Notes under the pieces: generated by a model
What the model saw: only the letters and a program-made list of their open reading frames with translations
Told to the model about the DNA's origin: nothing
The model's database searches: none
In this document: one piece after another, positions 1 through 14,117 of the stretch
Position numbering within the stretch: the stretch's first letter is position 1
Layout: every line of letters starts with the position of its first letter
Program-made: the position numbers and the translations under genes
NCBI GenBank assembly: GCA_951406725.2
Contig: OX597818.1
Location: 78,802,001 to 78,866,000 of the forward strand
Length of the DNA stretch: 64,000 nt
Origin: Octopus vulgaris
Taxonomy: Eukaryota
Reading direction: 5' to 3'

Positions 1-254
1 AAGGCGCAGTATGGCTATAGATAAGGAGTAATGAAGTGCTTCATATTTTAGGGATACTAAACCACTAGGAATCAGACGTGGCTTGAGATGCGTCATTGGG
101 GAGGCTGGTAGGTGGAGCGTCAACCTGTAATGTGCGGTCAAACAAATGATTTATCTATCCACCTAAGGAAATATACACGTGTATATATGCATATAGGCAA
201 GTACACATACATACACAAACCCCAAAATAAACCCATAATCCCGAACAATATGTA

Positions 255-324
<70 letters not shown>

Positions 325-327
<3 letters not shown>

Positions 328-480
328 CAAAACAGTTTGATTCAAATTCGTTGAGATTTAAGCGCGATGCAAGTCGTTATCCATTTTGAATTTGAACTCA
401 AATTTAAAATGGCTGACGACTAGCATCGCGTTGGAAACTCAAAAGTATCAACGAATTTGAATCAAACTGTTCTGATTGAT
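325..480. repeat. Imperfect fold-back with a decayed hammerhead-like core in the right arm (probable PLE terminal-repeat relic)
   Basis: aatcaaaacagtttgattcaaattcgttga... is mirrored by ...tcaacgaatttgaatcaaactgttctgatt. The right arm contains CTGACGA...GAAAC tcaaaa GTA. Flanked by (GA)n and (TA)n. Confidence 0.55.
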
Positions 481-543
481 ATATGTAACTCTCAATAAAT
501 TGATTGAGGGCCCTCCTTTTGTTTGTCCACTCACTCGTATACA

Positions 544-576
<33 letters not shown>

Positions 577-2236
577 CTAGCAGTATCGCCCGGCGTTGCT
601 CGGGTTTGTTTCGACCCGCTGGAATTGTAATTTTGAAAAGTAAAAATTTTGTGAACATTTTTCTGGTCGAAATACACCGAAAAGTGGCGACACAGCAGTG
701 AAAAAATCGTAAAAAATAGGGATTTTCATAGAAAAAAGCATCTTTTTGATGTAAATAATTTTTGGTGTTAACATGGTCCGATTTGAATTTTATGTTCTAC
801 GGAAGGAAGAGCAACCGTTCTTCTACCATACTCTCAATTTTGGTCAACTTGCGCCGCAGGGTCTCGGAGGAGATAGTGTTAGTTGAAGGTTACCATTCTA
901 GGTGCCTGAGTAACAACCTCGCGGATTTACAGATAAATGAATTAATTACTATTTTACAGAATAAAATTAAATAATTCTTGAAAATTAATTAATATTAATA
1001 TTTTTTGAACAAAGTAAATAATTTTTAAAACTTAAATAATAATTTTTTTTACACAAACGCGAACGGGGAAAAGGGGGTGGCGAATTCGATTTACATACCT
1101 AAATTTTTTCTTTTTCATGACATTGTAGCAAAATAGTAGTGAATTATATAAATACCAGCAGTACATTTTTTTTTCTGGGGTATTTTTTTCAACCTCGTCA
1201 CATATTTGCCCCTTTCAATTTAAACAAAGTCTTAATTAAGCAATTACGGCAGCTTAGCAATGGTTTCAATACAGGCGTGACATGTGTATCTCAATTGTTG
1301 AAAACCCTTCGAATTTTTTCGCACGTGATGATATCATAGTGAAAACTTTCAATTACGCGCGCTTAGAAGTACGCTCGCAAATTAATACTACCAAAATTTT
1401 GAAGTTCGCGCTCCGCTTGTGTGTGTGTGTGTGCGCGCTTTAGGTGTACGTAGGTATGTGTTTTTGTGTGTGTGTGTCACTGAAGCCATACATACATATA
1501 TACATACATAACCTCTCTCTCTCTTTTCTCTCTCAGTCACTCACTACAAAAAGTGAATAAAAAAAGTTCAGTTAATTCTGTCTTTCACTCTGTCTGTCTC
1601 TTTACACACACTAACAAAAGCACTTCACTTACACACCACACTTTCTGTGTCGCACAACCCATCAAACACACACACACACACACACTCACGCACGCACACA
1701 TGTACATCAATGCTTTCGGAGTGAAATGTTAAAATATTGAGTTTTCTCGAATTTTGTCTTAATTGGGGGTGAAATTGAAAGAAATATATTATGGCATGAC
1801 CGAATGGAGTACTTTGAAAAATCTTAGGTAAACTCTAATTGAAGAAATTGTGTGAGGAGTAAATCGTTATGTATTTATTTGTTTCTGTTTGCTGTGTTTT
1901 TTTATTTTTTGAGTAGTGGTTTAAATACTTTCAGTTTAGTCTTCCTCAAATCACTCTGTCGCTATTTACTTTCATTTTATTCGTTGCACACTGTGTGTGT
2001 GCGTGTGCGTGTGGTGTAAACCACATTAAGAAAAGCATTTGACATACACACCAGAATGAGAGTTTTCTGTAAATTTTGCTTAATTGGAGTTTAAATTTTA
2101 AAAACTGGACCTGGCATGACCCGATGCATTCTACTCTTAAAAATGCTAGGTAAATTGTAATTGAAGAAATCCTATATTGTAGATTTCTATAAGATACAAA
2201 GGGAGGCAGATAAAATCTGCCTTTTATAATAAGAGA
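577..2236 (-). mobile_element. Non-autonomous Helitron-like element
   Basis: Minus strand starts TCTCTTATTATAAAA and ends with hairpin cccgagcaacgccggg followed by CTAG|T. Sits in a (TA)n tract, carries internal CA/CT microsatellites, no coding capacity. Confidence 0.7.
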
Positions 2237-2241
2237 TATAT

Positions 2242-2278
<37 letters not shown>

Positions 2279-2599
2279 TATACATACATATATATATGTA
2301 TATATGTATGCATATATGTATATATTTATTTGTATATGTCTTTGTGTCTGTGTTTGGCCCCCTCACCACAAGAAATCCGGTGTTGGTGTCTTTACGTTCA
2401 CGTAATCTAACGGTTCGGCAAAAGAAACCGATAGAAAAAGTGTCAAGCTATAAAAATTCCTGGGGTCGATTCATTCGACTTAAGCAAGTAAAAAATATAA
2501 ATGATAAAAGATATCTACTACTACTTTGTAACTTAAACAAGAGGAAACATATGTATAGTTTTGTGTCAATGATGGTGGCAGAATATAATTCTCTCAAAT

Positions 2600-3620
2600 G
2601 AAAGAACAAATAGAAAAAGAATATTACAGAAGAATAAGGCTTATCTTAAATACGGTGCTTAAATCACAAAACCGATTTAAGGTAATAAATTAATGATATC
2701 AGTTTTTCAATACAGCTTCAACATAATTGGATTTTTGAAGACATAGAAAAGATGTACGTGAAAACCAGAAAGCTACTCGTATCACACAATATATATAGTT
2801 TAAAAGCAGACAATGAACGTTTATGCCACCTTAGAATTGAAGGCGGCAGAAATCATATTTCACTTGAAATCTCCTCTAAAGCAACTATCACCGATTTTAG
2901 AGTAGATAAACCTCCAGTGTAGGTAATAGTGAAGAAAGTTTAATAAGAGCTGCTAGAATCACACTAGGACAGAGGGAAACCAAAAAGCTAAATGAAGTTA
3001 AAAATTAGGGAAAACATTATCTGACTTGAAAGAGAAGGTTTGGTATGGAAGATACCCAAAGATAATTGCAGGAAATAATAGTAGTGAGACATGGTTATGG
3101 TCGCAGAAAGGTTGAAAAGGGAGACAAAAGTGTGTTAGCAGCAGCACAAGATCAAGTATTGAGGTATAATTGGATAAAAGCTAAGATAGATTTAAAAAAA
3201 ACATTTAAAATAATAAGGGTGAAAAATTGAATATTAATTTGATTAACATCAATTTAAAACCGGTGGTCTAGCATATTGAAAATCAGAAGTTTCAGTAAAA
3301 ATTATATTACATACATATAAAAGGGTTGACCTGTAAGTGGACATCCATTATGCTAGAAGAAGATCCGCTATGGTCTTACCACTATTGCTAAATTTTCTTG
3401 AGAGCAACCCTTTCTTCGTGGTAAGACCATGGCGGATCTTCTTCTAGCATACTGGATGTCCACTTTCAGGTCATCCTTCTTATATATATATATATATATA
3501 TATAAACAGGTAGATTCCCAGCGTAAGTTATCTAAATCAAAAGTGGAAAGTGTTACTCATATAATAAGTGAATGTAGTATGCTGGCACAGAAAGAATACA
3601 AGAAAGATATGGCAATTTAG
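2600..3620 (+). mobile_element. Highly decayed R4/Dong-like non-LTR retrotransposon fragment, interrupted at ~3200-3505
   Basis: Broken frames read YRRIRLIL..., QYSFNII..KTRKLL...KADNERL...EGGR and ESVTHIISECSMLAQKEYK (post-RT region and CCHC finger of REL-endonuclease LINEs). Confidence 0.6.
3310..3486. repeat. Inverted repeat (~65-bp arms, ~37-bp spacer) next to (TA)n
   Basis: tgacctgtaagtggacatccattatgctagaagaagatccgctatggtcttaccac versus gtggtaagaccatggcggatcttcttctagcatactggatgtccactttcaggtca. Confidence 0.8.
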
Positions 3621-3697
3621 GTATCTAAGGTTACTTGTTGCAGCCCGATGTTAGGAATTTTTCTTTTCCAACAGTCCAATCAGTTGTGCGTATATGA

Positions 3698-3744
<47 letters not shown>

Positions 3745-3800
3745 TAATAATAATAGATAATATAGAAGATTTAATAAAAAAAACAGAAACCTCTACTTAC

Positions 3801-3936
3801 TCATAGCCAACTGCACGGCAGGCAAGTCGTGCTGCATGTTGATCAAAATAACGGGAACATACTCTTCCCCATTTCCCAGACATTTTCACTTGTAATTCTC
3901 CATGATCTTTGCCTCCACCATCCATTCGATATATTT
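3801..3936 (-). CDS. SRCR gene B exon: N-terminal half of SRCR domain 2
   Basis: ttttctag|...|gtaagt, 136 nt, phase 1 to 2. Reads EIYRMDGGGKDHGELQVKMSGKWGRVCSRYFDQHAARLACRAVGY, matching SRCR G.L.V....WG.VC...F....A...C...GY. Confidence 0.92.
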
Positions 3937-4547
3937 CTAGAAAAGATAAACAATAGTAAAAGCAAAAATAGAAGCTAGAATTGGTAGAGGTAATCTATAT
4001 GGCGGACAATGAACACACTGTAATGGAATCTAACTTTCAATCTAAATAATGAAACATGTGCGTAAGTAGAAAGGACAGCTCAATCACTTCTTTCATACCA
4101 ATCTCAACATCATCGCAAATGTCATCTTCATCATCATCATCATCATCATCACCGCCATCATCATCATCAGCAGCAGTAGCAGCAGCACCAGAAGCAGCAG
4201 CAGTAGTAGCAGCAACAGCAGTAACATTGATTACTCTCGTTGTTCTTGTCAATATATCCTGTTTTCATTATTAATATAAATGAATATGGCTGTGAATATA
4301 CTTCTGCTGCTGTTGTTGCTGCTGCTGTTGACAAGGACGATAATGATGACTGTGGTAATGATGAGGAGAATGTCGACTAAGATGATGACAATGATGACGA
4401 CAATGATGATGGCGACGACTACGACGAAGTTGTAAATCTGTAGGAAGTGGAGACGGTGAAAGAGAATTAGAAAGTGGAAAATAACGAACAGTTTTGGTAT
4501 TCACTTTTTACGATTTTTATATTGAAAGAGGACTAAGTTTTCCTTAC

Positions 4548-4708
4548 CGTTTACACATCTCACTAGAGCAAAACGGGTGTCATTACAGGCTCGCTGTTGG
4601 TAGGTGCATGTAACCGGATTCCATTTTGTGCATACGAGCTTATGACTGCATGTAGTGATATTTTTGTCAACTTTAAGCAAGATTTCATCATTCAGAAGAC
4701 TTCCATGG
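4548..4708 (-). CDS. SRCR gene B exon: C-terminal half of divergent SRCR domain 1
   Basis: ttgttatacag|...|gtaagg, 161 nt, phase 2 to 1. Reads HGSLLNDEILLKVDKNITTCSHKLVCTKWNPVTCTYQQRACNDTRFALVRCVN and joins both neighbouring exons in frame. Confidence 0.85.
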
Positions 4709-4870
4709 CTGTATAACAAAACAAACAAAAAAGAAAAAATACGTTCCGTCGTAAATAATCTTTATATAATACCAACCAGCATGAATGTTGTATGGATGAT
4801 TGGTTGATTGAACATCCAGTTAACGTCTTACATCGTATAGACAACTGGAGAGTGAGAGATAGATAAATAG

Positions 4871-4907
<37 letters not shown>

Positions 4908-4988
4908 TATGGAGAGAGTGTTAGCAAAAGAGATGTATGATGATTGGCTTGGTGGTAGGTATTTAATAAAATAATGCGCCCATCATAT

Positions 4989-5193
4989 ATACAAGTGGAT
5001 GCTGAAAAGTCCCTAATTTTGGGTAAAAAAAATACTGGAAAATCAGTTAATTATGATTTTATTCAACATGTTCACACTTATTGCAGAGGTCCTTCAATTT
5101 TTCTAAGTCTTGTAAAAGAACTTGGAAGTTTGGGTCTCTAATCAAGCCTTTTGCGACACCCTTAAAGCCAAGACCTTTTCACACTCCCTCGTA
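4989..5193. mobile_element. Tc1/mariner-type MITE (~200 bp)
   Basis: TA-caagtggatgctgaaaagt ... cttttcacactccctcg-TA imperfect TIRs with TA flanks. Confidence 0.5.
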
Positions 5194-6387
5194 CACACAA
5201 TGGGAAACATAGAAGCATGGAGACAAAGGAGGTGGAAGAAGAAGAGGATGAGGAGGGAGAGTTGGAAGAGGAGGAAGAGGAAGAGGGAAGAATAGGAGGA
5301 ATGAGGAAGGAGAAAGAGAAAGAGGAAGAGGAAGAGGAGGAAGGGAAGAGTAAGAAGAGGAGAAAGAGGAAAGCGAGTAAACGACAGAGTAATTATGGAA
5401 GGAATTCAAATTTCGCAGCAATAGGTTTTCGCTGAAGTAGTTTGCGATTATCTTAATTAAGAAAAATAATAACATACATGTTATGCAAATGAGAAATTTG
5501 CTATATTTTAAGGTGACATTTTTCTTTTGAAAATTAGTATTTCTTTTCATTATTTTGTACAAACACCAATAAATTTGATAAAAGTTAAAATATAATTATC
5601 GTACATATATACACCATATTTTCCTGATATCGCTCTTGGTGGCAAAAAGTTATCCGTCATATGACGGTAAACACTTTGGTTATTGTATAAAACTTCTGTT
5701 CGAAATGATTGATTAAAATGATACTGTGATCTCAGCTCAATCATTTACTTTACCTGGAGACAGGTGAGAGATGGTGACAGGAAGGACATCTAGTCATAGA
5801 AAACCTTCAACAAACTCCCTCAAACCCATGCCAGTATTAAAAACTGGACGTTAAAATGTCTAGACAAGAATAACAACTTTTTTAGAATTTGCATAAACAC
5901 TACCATTGCTCCTGAAATTGTCAGTTAGTTAGAAATTAATGTGATACAAAGCACCATTAAATACATTTTCGCCACACAGTTTTTGTGCTGCTCATGTTTG
6001 TGTATGTGTGTGTGTGTTAAATGTGTATGTATATATGCATCTATCTGTCTCTCTATCTATCTTTCTATCTGTCTGTCTGCCTGTCTGTCTGTCCGAGGTC
6101 TGATTAATAAGTATCCGGACTGTTGCTATAGTAACGAAGCTAAAGCACGCAGAGTGAAGCCGCTTGGCATAGACTGACCATGAAATCTGCTGTGCATGCG
6201 CACTAAGGATTTAGGCTTATACAATAAGGAGTAGAATACATTTATGGCTTACATAATTTGAATAATTCAAACTGACAGTATATTGGATCATTTGACATAT
6301 GCCGTTATTATGTAGTGTATGTTCTCCGTTATAATTCCATACCAATAAATATTGCAATTCGATTGGGAAGTTTAAAATATAACTTAC

Positions 6388-6529
6388 AAGTATCCTTTGG
6401 AATGACAAATATTTACAGCATCTGCTTCTGAAATACTTTGAATTAATGGCAATATTTTTCCGGCATTAAGAAGTTGTACAATACCTTTATGACCTTGAGA
6501 AAGGCTTATGGAATCGCCATGGAGCGTGA
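6388..6529 (-). CDS. SRCR gene B exon: N-terminal half of divergent SRCR domain 1
   Basis: tttctcaacag|...|gtaagt, 142 nt, phase 1 to 2, the same length and phases as the canonical gene A exon. Reads FTLHGDSISLSQGHKGIVQLLNAGKILPLIQSISEADAVNICHSKGY. Confidence 0.85.
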
Positions 6530-6644
6530 CTGTTGAGAAATTAAAAAAAGAAGACGTTATTAATACATCTTACCATAAGTGTTATACTCAGTATTATTCA
6601 AAAAAAGTATAAATCACAAAATAAATATTGATTTCGAATTTTTG

Positions 6645-6836
6645 CACTAGGCCAGAAATTTCGGGGAAGGGAGTAAGTCGATTAGATCCACTCCAGCGCT
6701 CAGCTGGTATTTATTTTATTGATCCTGGAAGGCAAAGTCGACCCCGGCGGAATTTGAACTCAAAGCGTAAAGACGGACGAAATGCAGCTATACATCAAGC
6801 CCGGCGTGCTAACGATTCTGCAAGCTCACCGCCTTC
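6645..6836 (-). mobile_element. tRNA-derived SINE, family A
   Basis: Head aaggcggtgagcttgcagaatcgttagcacg with B-box-like gagttcaaattc. Many related copies in the window. Confidence 0.75.
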
Positions 6837-7565
6837 AACAAATAAGGTAAATGTTAAAATAAGCATAGTATATGATAGCATGCAAACACGTAAAATTGGC
6901 GATATTCTTATTGGTCTTACATAACAATCTATCAATATACACAACTCTATATAAATACAATACAGTGTTTGCCAAGATTGTTGTGCGGTTCAAGAAGTCG
7001 CCCTGAAACTGTATGGTTCGGTACTCAAGCGCGAATGTATAGCATCGCAGATGGCTGTGTAGGCAAGGGAGGAAGGGTGGAGCTCTCAAACTATATAGTT
7101 TCGGGTTTGATTCTATTGTGGGCTGTTCTGGATATATGTCTTCTACTACAACCCCTGGTCGACCAAATAAAGTCTCTTCATAGACAATCTGATGTTACTT
7201 TGATGGTTTTGTAGTTAAGAAGGTCGCTCTTCAACTATGTGGTTTCGTTTTCAATCTTACAGCATGACATACTAGGTATGCACAGACACACACACGCATA
7301 TGTGAGTTTGATTCCGCGGCGAATTGTGTTCTTGAGCAAAACACTTTATTTCATGTTGTTCCAATATATTGCGCTGCCAAAAATGAGTTGTACCAGTAAT
7401 TCAAAAGTCCAGCCTTGTTACATTCTTTGTCAAGCCGAATCTCCCTGAGAACTACGTCAAGGATATGCGTGTCTGTGGAGTGCTCAGCCACTTGCACGTT
7501 GATTCTACGATCAGACTGTTTTGCTAATCGGATCAACAGGAAGACATGTCGTCATAAGTGCTAGC

Positions 7566-7669
<104 letters not shown>

Positions 7670-7671
7670 AT

Positions 7672-8531
7672 ACAAGGTATGATGGGTAAATTGTCGCCAT
7701 TTAACATTTGCTATTTCGCGCGTACGCATTGTTTGTTTTTGATTTTGTCGACTATACAGTATAGTAGAGTCAGTTGGGCATCGTCTGTGAGAAAAACAGC
7801 ACCATGATGTAGTTCATTCTGCCAGAAAGTTGGAAACGACTTGCTGTACTGATTGGTACTCGCACTGGAAGCTCCAATACGAACATTTCAGAATCTGAGG
7901 ACATGTACCGAGAGTGATAAAAATCAAATATCCAGTCAACATCATTGTGTTTGGAGAGATCACTAGTTATGGCGACGTTATGCTTTCATTCATCTTCTCC
8001 CACGGCCTCAGACACAACACAGAGACCTACATCAAGTGCCTGGAGGTGGCAGTGCTGCCCTGAGTGAAGAGTGTGGCTGCTGGAAGACCCTATGTCTAAC
8101 AACAGGACTCTGCTCCATGCCACACAAGTAGGAGAACCCAGTTATGTTGTCAGACAATTTCTGCGACCACATCGCCCCTAACATCTGACGATCTATCTCC
8201 CCAGACTCTAATCCCCATGATTAATATGTGTGGGGCGCAGTTGAGCAAGAGACCAGCAAAACTCCTTGTAACACCAAAGATGAATTGAAGGCCAGAATTA
8301 TGGCAGCATTCACCAGCTTAAACAAGGAGACTGTCCAGAAGTGTTGCAGGAGATTCTGAAGTCATCTGGAGGCCATAGTGAAAGCTAATGGCGATTTTAT
8401 TGACTAATTTTTGTTTTTAGTATTTCAAGATATTTTAATGTAATTTTGGTAAATATATCTGTTAAAATGAAATATTATTGTTATTTTCATTTTTGCGTAA
8501 TTTAGACGACAGTTTATTCACCGCACCCTGT
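7672..8531 (+). mobile_element. Internally deleted, decayed Tc1/mariner-superfamily transposon (DD37D/maT-like)
   Basis: TA-flanked TIRs (caaggtatgatgggtaaattgtcg / cgacagtttattcaccgcaccctg). Broken frame reads QQDSAPCHTS...SPDSNPHD*YVWGAVEQ...LEAIVKANGDFID. Confidence 0.8.
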
Positions 8532-8557
8532 ATGTCTCTCTCTCTCTCTTCCTCTTT

Positions 8558-8635
<78 letters not shown>

Positions 8636-9944
8636 TTTTTTTCTGATATTACTCATGGTAGTAAAAGTATACTTCAAAGATTAAAAGTCATATGACGGGT
8701 AACACTTGAAAAATCAATGATAAAACTATGGCTATTTCGTGGACAGGAGGACACAAGGCGACGGGGTTTTACAATGTAAAGTATATTTTCCCATGTTTTA
8801 AACTTGAAATCCCAGCAGAGTCTACTTTGCTTTGTAAGTTTCTGTACTAAACCTGATCGATAAAATCAACCCTGTTAATCTTCAAAATCAGTAACTATTT
8901 CTATTCGTTCAAGGATCGTTATTTATTAACAAATTAGAGATATATTTATCGGTAGTAAAATAAAATATGTAGTAATAAAAACGATCAATATATTGAGAAG
9001 AACGGTCATCTCGCTGCTTAATCATAAACTACCAACTGACCAAGTTGTGAATCTATAAAACCATTTCCCTCGCTCAGAGAATGTTTAGTAGAGATAATGG
9101 TTGAGTTAGAATGATAATGACCGACATGTAAGGACTCACAAATATCTGAGAGATCTTTATTATTCATTTCATCTCAATATGATTTGTTCTTTGAGTGAAG
9201 ATTACAGTTAGAATGGCCATTTTGATGGTAGTTAGAGAGTAAGTCGAATTCCAACGGCCTAATTCAATATGTTGAACTACTGGCTGTCAGGTCGAAAGTT
9301 CGTATACAGACCTGCATTAAGATATTTAGCCAATACAATTAACAGCATTTACACCAGTTCATCTCGCTGTAGGTATATATCATAAATGACTGTAAAACTC
9401 AACACTGCAAGTAATAGGTACATTCTATAACTTAGTAGTATTCTTCCCACTGTTGTTTTCAGGTTAAATGTATTCACTCGGATCATTCAGTAAATACATC
9501 AAAATAGAGGATAATGAAGGCACAACATGGTCCAGTTCTTGGTGTGGTATAGTGGTCGTGTACCTCAATGACCACGAGGCCAGTGCTAGCGAAGCGCAAG
9601 GTCTTGATAGCGAGTTCCATGCTGGACAGTCGAATTGTTGGTGTAACCACCATTTTCCGGTGATTTGATGAGCAAGCTTACTTTATTTGCATTAATTTGT
9701 GAATATAGAATTGTACTGTACGATTTTGAGCATACGTATTAATGCAAATATGTATGCATAACTTCTTCCTTGAAATTAATGCTACATGAAGTTGCGAAAC
9801 AACCGTAATCCTATAGAAGTCACGTGGTAAAATAAATATATATTCACTTCTCATATTCCCTAACTTGATGGTTGTATGTATGTATGTATGTATTCGTTGT
9901 TAGCGAAGGTAGCAGCATTATATGAAAACAACATTCTGTATATC

Positions 9945-10352
9945 CTTATTTCTTTATTGCCCACAAGGGGCTAAACATTGAGGGGACAAACAAGGACATT
10001 AAGTCGATTACACCGACCCCAGTGCGTAACTGGTACTTAATTTATCGACCCCGAAAGAATGAAAAGATAAGTCGACCTCAGCGGAATTTGAACTCAGAAC
10101 GTAACGGCAGACGAAATACCTATTTCTTTACTGCCCACAAGGGGCTACACACAGAGGGGACAAACAAGGACAGACAAACGGATTAAGTTGATTATATCGA
10201 CTCCAGTGCGTAACTGGTACTTATTTAATCGACCCCGAAAGGATGAAAGGCAAAATGGACCTCGGCAAAATTTTAACTCAGAACGTAGCGGCAGACGAAA
10301 TACCGCTACGCACTTCGCCCAACGTGCTAACGTTTCTGCCAGCTCGCCGCTT
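9945..10352 (-). mobile_element. Family A SINE, tandem dimer
   Basis: One head at ~10350, then body plus tail repeated twice; tail reads ...ccccttgtgggcaataaagaaatagg. Confidence 0.85.
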
Positions 10353-10559
10353 TTACAACATTCTGTATATCCTACTTAACATGGGCATACTTTAGAAAGC
10401 CACACAACAGCGATATTCCTGCAGCATCGCCGCTACTGGACGATTTTCGTCTGCTGCTAATATTAATCTGTATTTTTTAGCATTTATACATTTACATGAT
10501 GAGCTTTCTCGACTCGACTACCGAAGTTGTGTAGTTTTCTATAGTATACCCACATTGAG

Positions 10560-10604
<45 letters not shown>

Positions 10605-10741
10605 TATATGTATAATGCGCTATCTCTCTCTGTATATATATAACACACACACACATCAAATATAGATTGAAAGAGAGTAAGAGAGATAAATATATTGATG
10701 AATACATATATTTTATGTTTGTATATGTATGAGTGTGTATA

Positions 10742-11124
<383 letters not shown>

Positions 11125-11418
11125 CACGATATCAGCCACGGTTTCGGATATTCTTATGCATCGTTGGTCACAACGTGCTTCGCATTGTTATACCTTTCAA
11201 ATGATGTTACCACTCTGCTGGTTAGTCAAGCAGAACAACATTAGATCCGATCGGAAGGCTATTTTGTCACAGGGTTACCTATTTAAAGCTGAATGGACAG
11301 GAGCAACCTGAAATGAATCGTTTTACTTAAAAACGCGGCGCACTACCCGGGCTGTGAATCGAACCCATAACCGAGCAATCGTGAGTGCAATACCGTAACC
11401 ACTAGGCCACGCGCCTTC
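11125..11418 (-). mobile_element. tRNA-derived SINE, family C (decayed)
   Basis: Minus-strand head ggcgcgtggcctagtggttacgg...ggttcgattc (A and B boxes). 3' part matches 52190-52300. Confidence 0.7.
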
Positions 11419-11824
11419 ATACACTCGAACACATCCAAATACACACACGCGCACACTCATATACATGCACACACACACGTACGCGTGGTTTTCCTTGGTT
11501 GTTAGTTACTGTGAATGCGATAATTATTTCTACATAGTATTTGGCAGAACTAGAAATTGGAATTTGAAATTGAGGAACAAAAAGATGCATTTTTTTTTGC
11601 TTATACATTGCAATTTTTAAATTCTAAATCTTATCTTAAATGTCATTGCTTTTCTTTTCAACGTTCTTAAGGGTAAAATCAAAGATAATTGTTTCAGCTT
11701 TGAACCATGCAAGAAACACTATTATTTAATAGTTTCAGTTCTCTGTTACTAAGTTTATCTCACTTATGAAAGTTACAGTCCAGTTACAAAACAGAAATTT
11801 GAATAAGTATATAACAATACTCAC

Positions 11825-11872
11825 ATGTTTGTCCAGAGGCTCCATAAATGATAGCAAAGAGCACTAAAGTAC
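11825..11872 (-). CDS. SRCR gene B exon encoding the end of a signal peptide
   Basis: ctctgttttacag|48 nt|gtgagt, phase 1 to 1. Reads (G)TLVLFAIIYGASGQT (hydrophobic core plus A-S-G cleavage site) and splices in frame to 6529. Confidence 0.8.
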
Positions 11873-11974
11873 CTGTAAAACAGAGCAAACAAAGGAAAAA
11901 TTAAATGGGTTGCAATATAAGAAATACCATTTTACATTTAGTATTTAGTTCCGCTTTTTACGTACTTTAATGAG

Positions 11975-12736
11975 TATCCTTTCTGTTATAGACACAAGGC
12001 CTGAAATTTTAAGAGAGGGGGGGGGTCAGTCGAGTTGATCGACCCCAGTACGCAATTGGTACTTAATTTATCGACTCTAAAAGGATGAAAGGCAAAGTCG
12101 ACCTCGGCGGAATTTGAACTCAGAACGTAACGACGGGAGAAATACCTATTTCAATTTCTTTACTACCCACAAGGGGCTAAACACAGAGGGGACAAACAAG
12201 GACAGACAAACGGATTAAGTCGATTACATCGACCCCAGTGCGTAACTGGTACTTAATCTATCGACCCCGAAAGGTTGAAAGGCAAAGTCGAAATTTGAAC
12301 TCAGAACATAACGGCGGGAGAAATACCTATTTCAATTTCTTTACTACCCACAAGGGGCTAAACACAGAGAGGACAAACAAGGACAGACAAACGGATTAAG
12401 TCGATTACATCGACCCCAGTGCGTAACTGGTACTTAATTTATCGACCCAGAAAGGTTGAAAGGCAAAGTCGACCTCGGCGAAATTTGAACTCAGAACATA
12501 ACGGCAAACGAAATACCTATTTCTTTATTACCCACAAGGGGCTAAACATAGAGGGGACAAACAAGGACAGACAAACGGATTAAGTCGATTACATCGACCC
12601 CAGTGCGTAACTGGTGCTTAATTTATCGACCCCGAAAGGATGAAAGGCAAAGTCGACCTCGGCGGAATTTGAACTCAGAACGTAACGGCTAAGCATTTCG
12701 TCCAGCGTGCAAACGATTCTGCCAGCTCGCCGCCTT
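11975..12736 (-). mobile_element. Family A SINE, tandem tetramer (~180-bp period)
   Basis: Single head at ~12735 followed by four body repeats joined at aataggtatttc. Confidence 0.9.
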
Positions 12737-13151
12737 GTACTTTTAATGAATATGAATGTATTTTCATTCGTTCTCTTAATGGCCGCAAATCCCTCTACTA
12801 TTTTGTTCCATACGTCTCTGTATTGTCTGAATTTTAAATCGAAGTTGAAACTTACATAATTCTTTTGACAATATCTTGTCTGAGACTGCTTTTGTGTCTA
12901 TGATACACATTTTCTGTTTAAAGTAGACATTCCTTAAAAATCTCATGTTATTTTATACTTCAGACAACAAATTAATAATGACAAGGTATTTTCACTAAAT
13001 TCTTCATTATTTTCAAAATTAATTGAAGCAAAGACAATGTATTTCAACAGAAAAAGGGTAGCAAATAGATTAAAGTTATCTAAAATAAAGCCTTTCATCA
13101 GAATTTCATGTTACGTTTTGTTTCAAATAGCTGCCTATTACTAACAAAGTT

Positions 13152-13411
13152 CTTCTTCTTCTTGCGCCCTTTTAAAGCCTAGCCAGGTTCATGGGCCTGG
13201 TTTCCCGGTTTCTATGGCATATGTGTTCCCCAGCTGGACGGGACGCCAGTCCATCCCAGCGTTACTCATTCTTGCCAGTTGAGTGGACTGGAGCAACGTG
13301 AAATGAAGTGTATTGCTCAAGAACGCAACGCGTCGCCGGGGTACAGGAATCGAAACCACAATCTTACGATCATGATGCTGACACCCTAACCACTAAGCCA
13401 CGCGCCTCCAC
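13152..13411 (-). mobile_element. tRNA-derived SINE, family C, with target-site duplication
   Basis: Head ggaggcgcgtggcttagtggttaggg, B box ggtttcgattcc, (GAA)n tail. TSD actaacaaagtt on both sides. Confidence 0.85.
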
Positions 13412-13960
13412 ACTAACAAAGTTATTTTACTAAATTCTTCATTAGTTTCAAAATTAAGTGAAACAACGCCTGTGTATTTCAATAGAAATATGGTAACAAT
13501 GGTTAAAGTGACACTGGGATTTGGTTTCATCACGGAGGATATAACGATTTCATGTTCAGTATAAATGTGCTAACTAATATAGATGAAAATAAATACAAGT
13601 GAATGGGAAAAAGAACGAGTTGATATGGACTATAAGGACAGTGGGTGAAGAAGAAATAAAAAGGAATGCAAAGGAGGAGAATACAAAAAATACAGGAAGA
13701 GTGAAAGGGAAAGAGGAGACGCAAAACGGTCGCCCATCACAGTCTTCGCTTCATAAAATTTACATAGCACACAAACACTCATACATGCATGCATACATAC
13801 ATAGATACATACATACATACATACATACATACATACATACATACGTACGTACATACATACATACATACATACATACATACATACATACATACATACATAC
13901 ATACATACATACATACATACAAAAATATGAACACACACACTCACACACACATATATGTAT

Positions 13961-14048
13961 ATACGAGGGGTGTAGGAAAAGTTTTGAGCCTTGAAGTCTT
14001 GTCCTATGTTTTGCTTTTTTGAAGCTCAAGCCTTTTTATACACCCCTC

Positions 14049-14052
<4 letters not shown>
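13961..14052. mobile_element. Miniature mariner-type MITE (~90 bp)
   Basis: TAcgaggggtgtaggaaaag...ctttttatacacccctcgTA. Confidence 0.75.
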
Positions 14053-14101
<49 letters not shown>

Positions 14102-14117
14102 TAGATAGATAGATAGA

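Noticed and set aside
5217-5435. Glu-rich ORF
   Set aside because: Purine-rich low-complexity intronic tract without splice support.
11975-12736. CRISPR-like array
   Set aside because: Units are whole SINE bodies without unique spacers; eukaryotic context and no cas genes.
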